The notes under the pieces are model-generated. The model saw nothing but the letters and a program-made list of their open reading frames with translations, made no database searches and was not told the DNA's origin. This document shows positions 29,903 through 39,800 of a stretch of DNA of 64,000 bases, piece by piece. The stretch spans positions 1-64,000 of the forward strand of contig JAEOSK010000004.1 of NCBI GenBank assembly GCA_016840405.1. Direction: 5' to 3'. The position numbers and the translations under genes are program-made. The first letter of the stretch is position 1. The number at the start of each line of letters is the position of its first letter. The DNA comes from Candidatus Hermodarchaeum yapensis (GTDB lineage: Archaea; Asgardarchaeota; Hermodarchaeia; Hermodarchaeales; Hermodarchaeaceae).

Positions 29903-30148
29903 TGAGCCAACCTCATTTTTCCGACATATCACTTTGAACAAGTTTAGACTAGAAAGAATCCTGCGGTTTTTTATCATAAAAATTCCGAGACTCAGTTGAT
30001 AACACGTGGAGCCACATAGATAGGCAAAGCGGGTCTATATTCCAGAAAATACCACGTGCTAGCACAAACTAGCTTATCTACAGGATGTTTTCTATATGCT
30101 TTGCTTTGCATGCAAGAGCAATTGGAGCCAAGGAAAGTGTTACTAGCG

Positions 30149-30436
30149 TTAGGAAATGCGGATAAGAGTCATAACCCAGAATCCGAGAATTATTGCCACG
30201 AACATTCCAATCATGAAGATAATTTGACCTAGTACCAATAGAGGAAAATTAGTGGGAGAATAGATGGCTATTAAACCCCAAATTATGCCACCAATTATCA
30301 TGAGGAAAGTTGGAATGAGAAAAATTCGCAGGTTAATCCCTTTAAGTGGAGATACCGTCTTTTTCTGAGATTCTACTGCATGGAACGTTCTATGAAGCTT
30401 CAATCTTGGTACACATCTACAAGCCATTACGTCCAC
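30149..30436 (-). CDS. small hypothetical membrane protein
   Basis: Two TM helices; start uncertain. Confidence 0.45.
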   Translation of the reverse strand: MDVMACRCVPRLKLHRTFHAVESQKKTVSPLKGINLRIFLIPTFLMIIGGIIWGLIAIYSPTNFPLLVLGQIIFMIGMFVAIILGFWVMTLIRIS

Positions 30437-30565
30437 CTATACTCCCTATAAAACTGGAGAATTGAGGAGAAAAAAGCTCCTTTTTTAGCGGGGTGTAATC
30501 AAATCGCCCGTTTCTAAGTCAAAAACCTGAAGGAATAAAGGGAATACCATCCCACGATTATACCC

Positions 30566-32653
30566 TTGAGTGTTGAAAAGACCATGCCATCACAAAGTCG
30601 AAGGAAGGAATCGATTCGAATTGGCATTGATGTCGGAGGCACCTTCACGGACGTACTGCTAATTGATTCTACTGGGAAACGGTGGCATGTCAAGGTTCGA
30701 TCTACTCCCGAGGATTCTTCGAAAGGGGTTCTCAATGGCTTATTGAAGATTCTTAATCTTGCTAAGATAAAGCCTAATGCCGTTCGATATCTCCTACATG
30801 GAACAACAGTTGCTACGAATGCAGTGTTGCAGCGGAAAGGTGCAAAAATCAGCCTACTAGTCACGAAGGGTTTTGAAGATATTTTGGAAATCGGACGACA
30901 ACAACGACCAACCCTTTATGATTTATTCGTAGAACGAATTCCACCCCTAGTTCCACGCAACCGAATTTTTGGCGTTGAAGAACGTATTCAAGCAAATGGT
31001 GCTGTCTATACCCCCCTCGCAAAGAAAGAATTGACAAAAACCCTCAAGAGTGCGGTAAGAAACGTTGAAGGTGTGGCTGTATGCCTCCTCTTTGCGTACC
31101 AAAATCCTATTCATGAACAACAACTACTTTCCCAATTACAACACATTAACTCAGATTTACCCGTCTCCATTTCATCCGAAGTGTTACCAGAATATCGAGA
31201 ATACGAACGAATGTCAACCACTGTGTTGAACGCCTATGTGACACCCGTGTTAACACGGTATCTTCAACGTTTAGATGAGGCTCTAACAGATGTGGGGATC
31301 AACACTCCATTGTTGGTGATGCAAAGCCATGGTGGTGTGTTACAATCACGGCTAGCTGGAACTCAAGCAGCACGATTGCTCTTCAGCGGCTTGGCAGGCG
31401 GAACCTTGGGTGGAAAATATACAGGTCAGGTCATGAACCAGGATAACATCATCACCTTCGACATGGGAGGAACCAGTACTGACGTCGCGCTAATTTCAAA
31501 TGGCAAGATCCGAGAAACCGCTGAGGGACAGATTGGCGGATTACCCTGTCGTGTGCCAATGACTGATGTGGAAACTGTCGGTGCGGGCGGTGGAAGTATC
31601 GCTTGGATTGATGAGGGAGGAATTCTGCGAGTCGGACCGCATAGTGCAGGTGCGGACCCGGGCCCGGCAGCTTATGGAACAGGAGGACAAGAGCCGACAG
31701 TAACTGATGCTAACCTTCTTCTTGGACGATTGAATCCTGATTACTTTCTGGGTGGTGAGCTCCTGTTACATTCGGAGCTTGCCAAGCTATCAATTCAAGA
31801 GTTGGCTAACAAGTTGTCCTTATCACCAGAAAACTGTGCCTTTGGTATTGTTCGAGTCGTAAATGCCAATATGGAACGAGCCATTCGTGTAGTCTCTATT
31901 CAACGTGGATTTGATCCACGCGACTTTGTCCTAGTTGCATTTGGGGGAGCTGGACCAATGCATGCGTGGGCGTTAGCGAAGAATTTAGGAGTTCCACGCG
32001 TTCTTGTACCCAGGGCACCTGGACTTCATTCGACCTTAGGGTTATTAGCTACAAATCTCCGTTGTGATCAAAGCCAAACCGTGTTGGAATCAGCTACCTC
32101 ACCCGATTTCAGACGTATCCAAAAAGTATACCAGCAATTGGAAACACAACTACGAGATTTACTTCGAAAACAAGGTGTTCCGCAGAAATCGATTTCGATT
32201 CAACGTTTCACCGATCTCCGGTATGAAGGACAAGCTTACGAAATCACACTTCAAGTTCCAAGGGGTCGAATCTCAAAGGCTTGGATGCAGGAAGTGGTAA
32301 AAGCTTTTCATACCCGCCATGAGCAGCAATATGGCTTTGCAGCAACAGAAGCTCCCGTTACTATTGTGAATCTTCAAGTTATCGCCTTTGGTCCAATGCC
32401 GACATTGAAACCTGCGGAAATAGAACCTCAGAAAGAACTCTCACCTACACCTCAGATGACTCGACCTGTGTTTTTTGAAGAAGTTGAAGGAGTTATTGAT
32501 ACACCGATTTTTGAACGGACTACGTTGGGACAAGGGGCTGTGATTGTGGGTCCAGCGATTATTGAGCAATTAGATTCAACCACGGTTGTTCATCCTAAGA
32601 CCCGAGCAGTCGTAAGCCGAGGAGGTAACTTGGTGTTGGAGGCGATATCATGA
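30566..32653 (+). CDS. hyuA: hydantoinase/5-oxoprolinase subunit A
   Basis: IDVGGTFTD, HGTTVATN, DMGGTSTD, GAGGGS, SAGADPGP. Confidence 0.93.
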   Translation: MSVEKTMPSQSRRKESIRIGIDVGGTFTDVLLIDSTGKRWHVKVRSTPEDSSKGVLNGLLKILNLAKIKPNAVRYLLHGTTVATNAVLQRKGAKISLLVTKGFEDILEIGRQQRPTLYDLFVERIPPLVPRNRIFGVEERIQANGAVYTPLAKKELTKTLKSAVRNVEGVAVCLLFAYQNPIHEQQLLSQLQHINSDLPVSISSEVLPEYREYERMSTTVLNAYVTPVLTRYLQRLDEALTDVGINTPLLVMQSHGGVLQSRLAGTQAARLLFSGLAGGTLGGKYTGQVMNQDNIITFDMGGTSTDVALISNGKIRETAEGQIGGLPCRVPMTDVETVGAGGGSIAWIDEGGILRVGPHSAGADPGPAAYGTGGQEPTVTDANLLLGRLNPDYFLGGELLLHSELAKLSIQELANKLSLSPENCAFGIVRVVNANMERAIRVVSIQRGFDPRDFVLVAFGGAGPMHAWALAKNLGVPRVLVPRAPGLHSTLGLLATNLRCDQSQTVLESATSPDFRRIQKVYQQLETQLRDLLRKQGVPQKSISIQRFTDLRYEGQAYEITLQVPRGRISKAWMQEVVKAFHTRHEQQYGFAATEAPVTIVNLQVIAFGPMPTLKPAEIEPQKELSPTPQMTRPVFFEEVEGVIDTPIFERTTLGQGAVIVGPAIIEQLDSTTVVHPKTRAVVSRGGNLVLEAIS

Positions 32654-34245
32654 AAACCGACCCAGTATCCTTTGAGGTTTTCCGTAACGCTTTCATTTCT
32701 GTAGCTGAGGAAATGGGGGCGGCCTTAGTTCGAACAGCGTATTCACCAAATATCAAGGAGCGCCGTGATTGTTCGGCAGCAGTGTTTGACGTGGAAGGTG
32801 AAATGGTCAGTCAGGCGGAACATATTCCTGTCCATTTGGGAGCAATGCCTGAATCGGTGAAAGCCGCAATCGATGTCTACCCGATTACGCAGTGGGAAAA
32901 GGGGGACGTCGTTATTCTTAATGACCCTTATGAAGGGGGGACCCATCTTCCAGATATTACACTCATTTCCCCTGTTTTGTATAAGGAAGAGGTTTCTGGA
33001 TTTGTCGCAAATCGAGCGCATCACGCGGATGTAGGAGGTTCTGTTCCAGGGTCTATGCCTGGTGGAGCCACAGAAATCTACCAAGAAGGCCTCCGAATCC
33101 CTCCTACTAAGTTGGTTGAAGGTGGTAAGGTGAACCAAGGGCTTTGGCGGATGATCTTGGCAAATGTTCGGACTCCCATCGAACGACAAGGAGACTTACG
33201 AGCCCAATTAGCGTCTAATGCAACAGGTGTTACACGTTTCGAATCTATCCTTCGAAAATATTCACGTCTAACAATTTTTACATTCCTCACTGATTTACAC
33301 GACTACTCCAATAACCGGATGTTACAACAACTCCAGCAGATGCCCAAGGGGAAATACACATTCACCGACTACATGGACAACGATGGCGTCACCTCAGAAC
33401 CAGTAAGCCTTACAGTACAAGTCACCATAAAACAAAACCAAATAATCTTTGACTTTACTGGAAGTAATCCTCAAACTCAAGGCAATATCAATGCGCCTTT
33501 CGCTGTCACCCTCTCCTGTTCATATTACGTGCTTCGATGCGTGACTGACCCTACCATTCCGGTGAATGCAGGTTGTTATGCACCCCTTAAGGTCATTGCG
33601 CCAGTAGGGACCGTTCTCAATCCACGTCCTCCTGCAGCAGTGTCAGCCGGTAATGTTGAAACTTCACAGCGAATCGTTGACGTGCTTCTTGGAGCATTAA
33701 AAGAGGCGCTACCAGATCGTATTCCTGCAGCCAGCCAGGGGACGATGAACAACCTCATCATCGGGGGAACCATTCCTGGAACAACACGGGCTTTCACTTT
33801 TTATGAAACAATCGCTGGAGGACTTGGCGCACGTCCGAAATCTGATGGCATTGATGGAATTCACAGCCATATGACGAATACTGCAAATACGCCTATTGAA
33901 GCGCTGGAGAGTGCTTATCCCCTTCGTGTTCGTTGTTACAAGCTCATTCCGAAGAGTGGAGGTAAGGGACAGTATCGGGGTGGTGAAGGTATCCACCGAG
34001 AGATTGAAGTCCTCTCCGACCAGGCGGTTGTATCTATTCAAAGTGATCGCCGTCACTTTGCCCCGTGGGGACTCCGTGGTGGTCAACCGGCGCTTCCAGG
34101 AAGAAACCGCCACTGGGAGGGAACTGAATGGAAAGAGCTCCCTGGCAAAATTACATTTACCGCACGGAAAGGAGATGTCATAAGCATCCAAACCCCAGGT
34201 GGTGGGGGTTATGGGGCTTCCAAAGAGAAAAAACGAGATCTATAG
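32650..34245 (+). CDS. hyuB: hydantoinase B/oxoprolinase subunit
   Basis: [38 protein letters not shown]. Confidence 0.93.
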   Translation: MKTDPVSFEVFRNAFISVAEEMGAALVRTAYSPNIKERRDCSAAVFDVEGEMVSQAEHIPVHLGAMPESVKAAIDVYPITQWEKGDVVILNDPYEGGTHLPDITLISPVLYKEEVSGFVANRAHHADVGGSVPGSMPGGATEIYQEGLRIPPTKLVEGGKVNQGLWRMILANVRTPIERQGDLRAQLASNATGVTRFESILRKYSRLTIFTFLTDLHDYSNNRMLQQLQQMPKGKYTFTDYMDNDGVTSEPVSLTVQVTIKQNQIIFDFTGSNPQTQGNINAPFAVTLSCSYYVLRCVTDPTIPVNAGCYAPLKVIAPVGTVLNPRPPAAVSAGNVETSQRIVDVLLGALKEALPDRIPAASQGTMNNLIIGGTIPGTTRAFTFYETIAGGLGARPKSDGIDGIHSHMTNTANTPIEALESAYPLRVRCYKLIPKSGGKGQYRGGEGIHREIEVLSDQAVVSIQSDRRHFAPWGLRGGQPALPGRNRHWEGTEWKELPGKITFTARKGDVISIQTPGGGGYGASKEKKRDL

Positions 34246-34893
34246 TATTCCAAAAAGGACAAGGGCATTAACGTAGAAAACTGCTCCAAATAAGATTAAG
34301 AGGACTCCAAAAATTGCGTTAAGAACGCGGTAGCCTTTGGTTCCGATTAGATGAGTTCCCTTATTGGTGAGCCAAGCAGTTCCTATCAGCCATACATAAT
34401 CGATCCATACGTGACTGAGAAACATGATAATAACTCCAGCTAATGCTGCTAAAAGGAGGGCATCGAGTACGATTTTTGCACCAGCAGTAAACCACCAAAC
34501 GATAAAGAAGGGGTTCAACGCAGAAAACACGAAGCCAATAAGAATTGGGTGCCGGGTTGGTTTGTCCTTTGCCAAGTCGATTTCTTCCACATCTTCAATA
34601 GATTTGGTTGCTTCACGAACTTGAAGGGCACCAAAGACAATGAGAACACTACCACCTGCGATTGCTAGTCCAACATGAAACCCTGGAAGATAGAAAAGGA
34701 AGCTTAATCCAAATGCGATAAGGAGAATGACTGGAAACTCAACAAAAGTATGACCAATCGAGAGCCAGAATCCTCCTCTCCAACCCCACCGAGAGGCATT
34801 GGATAGATTGGTAAACAGAAGAGGGCCTGGCGAGAGGGCACCACTCAATGAGATTAAGATGACACTTAGAAGAAAGAGAGGAAAAGGGTTCAC
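34240..34893 (-). CDS. LysE-family translocator
   Basis: SGALSPGP, GH..VE, ALNPFFIVWW. Confidence 0.85.
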   Translation of the reverse strand: MNPFPLFLLSVILISLSGALSPGPLLFTNLSNASRWGWRGGFWLSIGHTFVEFPVILLIAFGLSFLFYLPGFHVGLAIAGGSVLIVFGALQVREATKSIEDVEEIDLAKDKPTRHPILIGFVFSALNPFFIVWWFTAGAKIVLDALLLAALAGVIIMFLSHVWIDYVWLIGTAWLTNKGTHLIGTKGYRVLNAIFGVLLILFGAVFYVNALVLFGIL

Positions 34894-35132
34894 AAGTTCG
34901 CCTCAGAATACTTGATTGGATATATAGTAATGGGATAGTTGATTTTTATATTAACGAATCTATGATGCCAATTTCGTCTTTAGAATCAACAACGAATTAA
35001 CAGAATCTAAAAAATCTGGAACAAGAACAATAGGAGATAAACACATTAGGTATAATCGTGTAATGCCCTTGTCAAGAATGAAATAGAATTCGCTGGTTCA
35101 CAGGCGTACTTAATTAATGAGTTGGATTATTA

Positions 35133-35567
35133 ATGATTGATTTAACACCAGAAGAAATTCCAAAATTAGCTGTTATTGTTACCTTAGGTGTAGGATGTTT
35201 AGATTTTGCTCGCGGTGTAATACACACCTTTCTGCTTGAATATGCCGGGGTATTCATAATGGGATTAGATCTTTCTTTTGCTCGTGAAAACCAGTTATTC
35301 TTATTGGGTGTATTTGGAATTTCTAATTATATCACGGGAACGTTCTTGATTCTGATTGCATTAAAAGCGCGTGAGTTGATTCCGTATATTCTTGTAATAA
35401 TTCCTACGTGGTACATTGTAGGGAATGCTGTAATAAGTCGAACTGTTATTCCCCAAGCAGAATTGGGAGGACTTCCAATGATGCTTGGATATTTCATTAT
35501 TTGTATTCTTACTGCGGTATCGTCTTTTGTGGTTATTTATTACAGGAGACGACAAAAATCAACCTAG
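35133..35567 (+). CDS. hypothetical membrane protein
   Basis: 4 TMs, AT-rich, basic C-terminal tail. Confidence 0.65.
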   Translation: MIDLTPEEIPKLAVIVTLGVGCLDFARGVIHTFLLEYAGVFIMGLDLSFARENQLFLLGVFGISNYITGTFLILIALKARELIPYILVIIPTWYIVGNAVISRTVIPQAELGGLPMMLGYFIICILTAVSSFVVIYYRRRQKST

Positions 35568-36772
35568 TACGTGAAGAAGCCCTCTTTGGCTTTCATACCG
35601 AGTTTGCCTTCTTTCACCATTTTCTTGAGGAGTGGATGGGGAACATAGAAGTCATTGTACTCCTTTGCAACAAATTCCAGTTTTTTGACTACTGCATCAA
35701 TACCTAATGAATCCGCAAGTTCAAGAGTGCCGACTGGTTGGTTGAAACCTAGTTTCATTGTTTTATCAATATCTGCTGGTGATGCTACACCGTCTGCAAC
35801 TAGTTCAGCAGCTCGATTAATGCCTACAACAACTACCATCTGCGGATCAAATTTGTCCGCTAATTCTTGTGACCATACTGTTGGGCGTTGCCAGCGATTT
35901 CCAGGATGTTCATAGAAGCCTTTACCAGTTTTGGCGCCTAATTCACCTTTTTCCATTTTCTCTTCGAGACATTTTGCCATCTTCATGCCTGGAATTCGCG
36001 TTGTCATGAATTTCAAGACATTATACACGACATCAATTCCAACGAAGTCTAACAGACCAAAGGTTCCCATTGGAAGGCCTAATTTCATGGTCGTGGCTGA
36101 GTCAATTTCTTCGGGTGTGAACTCTCCAGAATCGACAAGCTGTCCAACAAAGTTCAACGGAAACATCTGGATGCCATTAGCGATGAACCCAGGGACATCT
36201 TTGTTGCACATAACAGGTTCTTTACCCATTTTCTCCGTCAAGGCATAGATGACTTTGGCAGCAGCGTCCGACGTTTTTTCACCTTTGATTATCTCGACAA
36301 TATTCATCCTGACGACTGGTGAGAAAAAGTGCATTCCAACCACTTTCTCAGGATGCTTGGTGGCTGTAGCAATGTCCGTAATGGGCAGTGAACTGGTATT
36401 GGTAGCCAGGATTGCATTCTTAGGGGCCTTTGCTTCGATATCAGCAAACACTTCCTGTTTGAGGGATAAAATTTCTGGGATAGCCTCAACAATAATATCT
36501 GCATTCTTGACTGCTGCATCACGATCAGTTGTTGTTGAGATCCGTTTGAGAGTGGCATCGTGGTCTTCTTGAGAGATTCTCCCTTTTTCTAGGAATTTTC
36601 CAAGGCTCCATTTAATATCTCCCAAACCTTTCTGTACGAACTTGTCTTTGATATCAACCATGACTACATTATAACCCGCTTGAGCGAAGCTTTGGGTGAT
36701 ACCGTGACCCATCAAACCAGCGCCCAAAACGGTGACGTTTTTCACATCTTCAGCCTTCATGTCAATCACCAT
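35564..36772 (-). CDS. 3-hydroxyacyl-CoA dehydrogenase (duplicated C-terminal domain)
   Basis: GAGLMGHG, EAIPE, TNTSS, GMHFF, two G.K.G.GF repeats. Confidence 0.92.
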   Translation of the reverse strand: MVIDMKAEDVKNVTVLGAGLMGHGITQSFAQAGYNVVMVDIKDKFVQKGLGDIKWSLGKFLEKGRISQEDHDATLKRISTTTDRDAAVKNADIIVEAIPEILSLKQEVFADIEAKAPKNAILATNTSSLPITDIATATKHPEKVVGMHFFSPVVRMNIVEIIKGEKTSDAAAKVIYALTEKMGKEPVMCNKDVPGFIANGIQMFPLNFVGQLVDSGEFTPEEIDSATTMKLGLPMGTFGLLDFVGIDVVYNVLKFMTTRIPGMKMAKCLEEKMEKGELGAKTGKGFYEHPGNRWQRPTVWSQELADKFDPQMVVVVGINRAAELVADGVASPADIDKTMKLGFNQPVGTLELADSLGIDAVVKKLEFVAKEYNDFYVPHPLLKKMVKEGKLGMKAKEGFFTY

Positions 36773-36857
36773 GAGTAATGGAATTCAAACATATGATATA
36801 GGGTCAGTGTGTTGAAGGGACTCTTAAAACTTGATGTTCGTTAATTGCACAATCACC

Positions 36858-39800
36858 TTACAGTAACCCAAGTAATCCAAGGATGAAATTCCGAGTGGGT
36901 TCGAAAAGTAAGAGGATTAGTAAGAGGATGATGATGAACAGAGCCCCATAGACGATTTTGACCTTATGCTTACCCCAGAACCCTGTATGCAACTTATGCA
37001 TGTGCTCAGTGCTCTGGCGGTACCGGGCAAACATCCACGGCAACTGATCTGCAAAATCACCAACTGTCTTCCCTTCTGGGAAATAAGGAGCTAGGGGCTG
37101 ATGTATTGGTGCACCGTCTTTCACTGTTAGTGGTTCGGGTGTGTTCCAGTTAAACAGGAAGTCAATAATGGGATTGACGCCGCTTACTTTCACGGCATTT
37201 TGATACCAGAGCTCACGCCAGTGATAATCTGACGTTACCCATTCGATGTTCCCAGTGCGGGCGTTGACCCAGATGTCAGCGCGTTCCCAGTCTTCGTGGG
37301 GGAGTGGAAGAGTGATTTCCAATGGCCAGTACCAGACATAGCGATAGACCCAGTATGCGTCGGCTTCAAGCCACGTGTTAATCCCATAGGAGAGGTTTTC
37401 GGGGTGATTGGTTGGATGGAAATCTTGAGGGATGAGAACCCATTGTTTTCCAGTCCAGAATTTGGGTTCAGGATAATGAATCCATTGATCTTTGCCTTTT
37501 ACCTCACCTTTGTAATAGGGGTTGAGTTCCCGTCTTGTGCTATAGAAGTAAAGACTAGCAGTATGGATGTCAGGTGGTTTTCCGAAGTATCTTGCAATAA
37601 AGTTGAACCGTCGGCTAAAGCTAACGTGGGGACGGGTCCAGAGTTCAATTTTCCGTGGGTTGATGAGATTTCGAATAATCGTAGGTTTGGCTACATCACC
37701 GGGTGGCGTTATTATAAGGTCGCAGCGGTCGCCTTCACGGGCCTTGATTCCAACTTCGTGGGGGAAAGCTCGTGTCTTAAATCCGCGGATGTATTTGGAT
37801 TGACCGTCACTGCGGTCGTTGGCTTTCATTTCATAGAGGTTGACATCTGTGCCGCCTTGCCAGTCTTCGCGGTACATGCCATGTTCGTAGCGTTGGCTCC
37901 AGTAATCGCGGAAGAGGTGGGCACGTGGTGGTTTGAAGATAACAGGTCCATCGTGTTTGTTGCGTGCCCAGCTGGCGCGTATGAGTTCGATGAAGCCAAG
38001 GCGTTGACCTAATGCAAAGCCGGTGATTTTCAATGGGGTGTCTTTATCAACATCGAGCGGCTTTAGGGCGTGACGGATTTCGGATTCGAAGGGATCGGGG
38101 TATTTGGCTAGTTGGGCTTCACGGAACAGATCAGCGGTAAGGCGTCGTACTCCGAAAACGGTTGAGCTTCCCACTTTGAAGGTGAAAAGGGCTTCTACCC
38201 ATTCTCCGCGCCCATCTTCAAATTCCACATAATAGTCGGTGATTAACAGTTTTGGTTCCCAGGTTTTAGGATCTAAGAAGATATCTAGGCGGTGGTTGGT
38301 CCAACCTTGTCGATAGTTAGCTCCGGGTGCTGGATTTTGTTCACCAGGTTCGAAGCAGAGCCATAATCTGTAGATGTAATATTCTCCATCGTATTTGGCA
38401 TCACCGATGAATACGGTGCCAAAGAAAACTTCTTGGAAGTTCACGCCATTGCGGAGTCGTGCTTGGGCGAGTTCTTCGGCAGTCATGATGCGTGGAGGTG
38501 CCCGAATTCTCAGAAACTCGGATTCCTGAGTGACGCGTTTGGGATCAGGCATTTCGAGGGTAATGGTGCTTTCAACTAAGTAGTTGTTGCCAGAGTGTAG
38601 TTCTCGTTTGCCTTTATAGCGGAGGTTGAACCGGTGTGGGACGTTTTTGAGATGTTTGGTTAATTCGACTGCAGCTGAGCCAAGGGTGACAGTTGGGGTG
38701 AGGGTTTGAGGATTCACATAGTCTTTGATGTCATATTCGGGAGCAAATCGGGGGACGTAGGTTGGGAGTTGAGCACCTTTTTCAAACAGGATGCTGAAGG
38801 TTTCTTCCCATTTGTCCTCTAGTGTGGTTATCCAATTGGTTTCGGCGGTTAGGATTTTTGGACGACTAGCAATTTTGAAGAAGATTGTTTGGATGGAAAT
38901 GGGTTCGGGGGATCCACGATGGTAGATACCAAAGCTTACTGGAAAGAATTGACCAGGGAGAATATTGCCTTCACGGGCTGATTTGGTGAAAACTGTGAAG
39001 AAGGCAGCTTGTGTGAGATCGTCGATTGGAATGAGTGGTGTTTCAGCGGTGGGAGGTTCTTCTGTTGCGCCTTTGAGGGTACCAATGGTTGTTCCATTGT
39101 AGTCGCCTGTCCACATGATACCGAGCCATGGTTGTTCATCTGTTGGTTGTTCAGATGGGAGTTCAGGTTCCAACTCGCGTGAGGGGGCAGCGGCCAGTTC
39201 TATGGGAACGGGTCGAGGAGGGCCAAAGGCATCTGCTGGTTTTCGGTAGAAATCCGTTTCATCGAAAAACCTAGCGTTATCGTCACAGCCAATATAGAAG
39301 TGCTTCATGGTGACTTGGGATGGGTCGCGAGACGCTTGCCAAGGTTGGGAAGTACTTGGGGATAGGTTGGGGAGAACACCAAGTGGACGAACTGTGAGAT
39401 CCGCGGCTTCTTTTTCAGAGACATTCAGGATGGCAAGTTTGATTGGTGTTTCCGCCTCGAAGTAGATGGTGGTTTCAGTTTCAAAGTTGGGATAAACCCC
39501 AATAGCAAAATCACCTTCAAGAAACTCTTTAAGTTCTTCACGAAGAAAGTTCAGAGTTTCGATGGCTTGTTCGGGACCACCAAGTTGTTTTCCGATGCGT
39601 ACTGCTTCTTGGGTATATTCAATGGTCCTGAGATAGACGTTGAGAGTCCAGTTCTCCAATCCAACTTGAGATTGGAGAAATTGCACGATACCGAGAATAT
39701 CCTTGACAGTTTCCACTCTAATCCGGCGTAAAGCATAGAGCCCAACAAGTTCATCAGTAACATTCAGCAATTCCTGTAAACGGGCTTGGGTTGGACGAGC

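Noticed and set aside
37296-38012. 238-aa plus-strand ORF and other antisense ORFs in the track
   Set aside because: Shadow frames opposite well-supported genes
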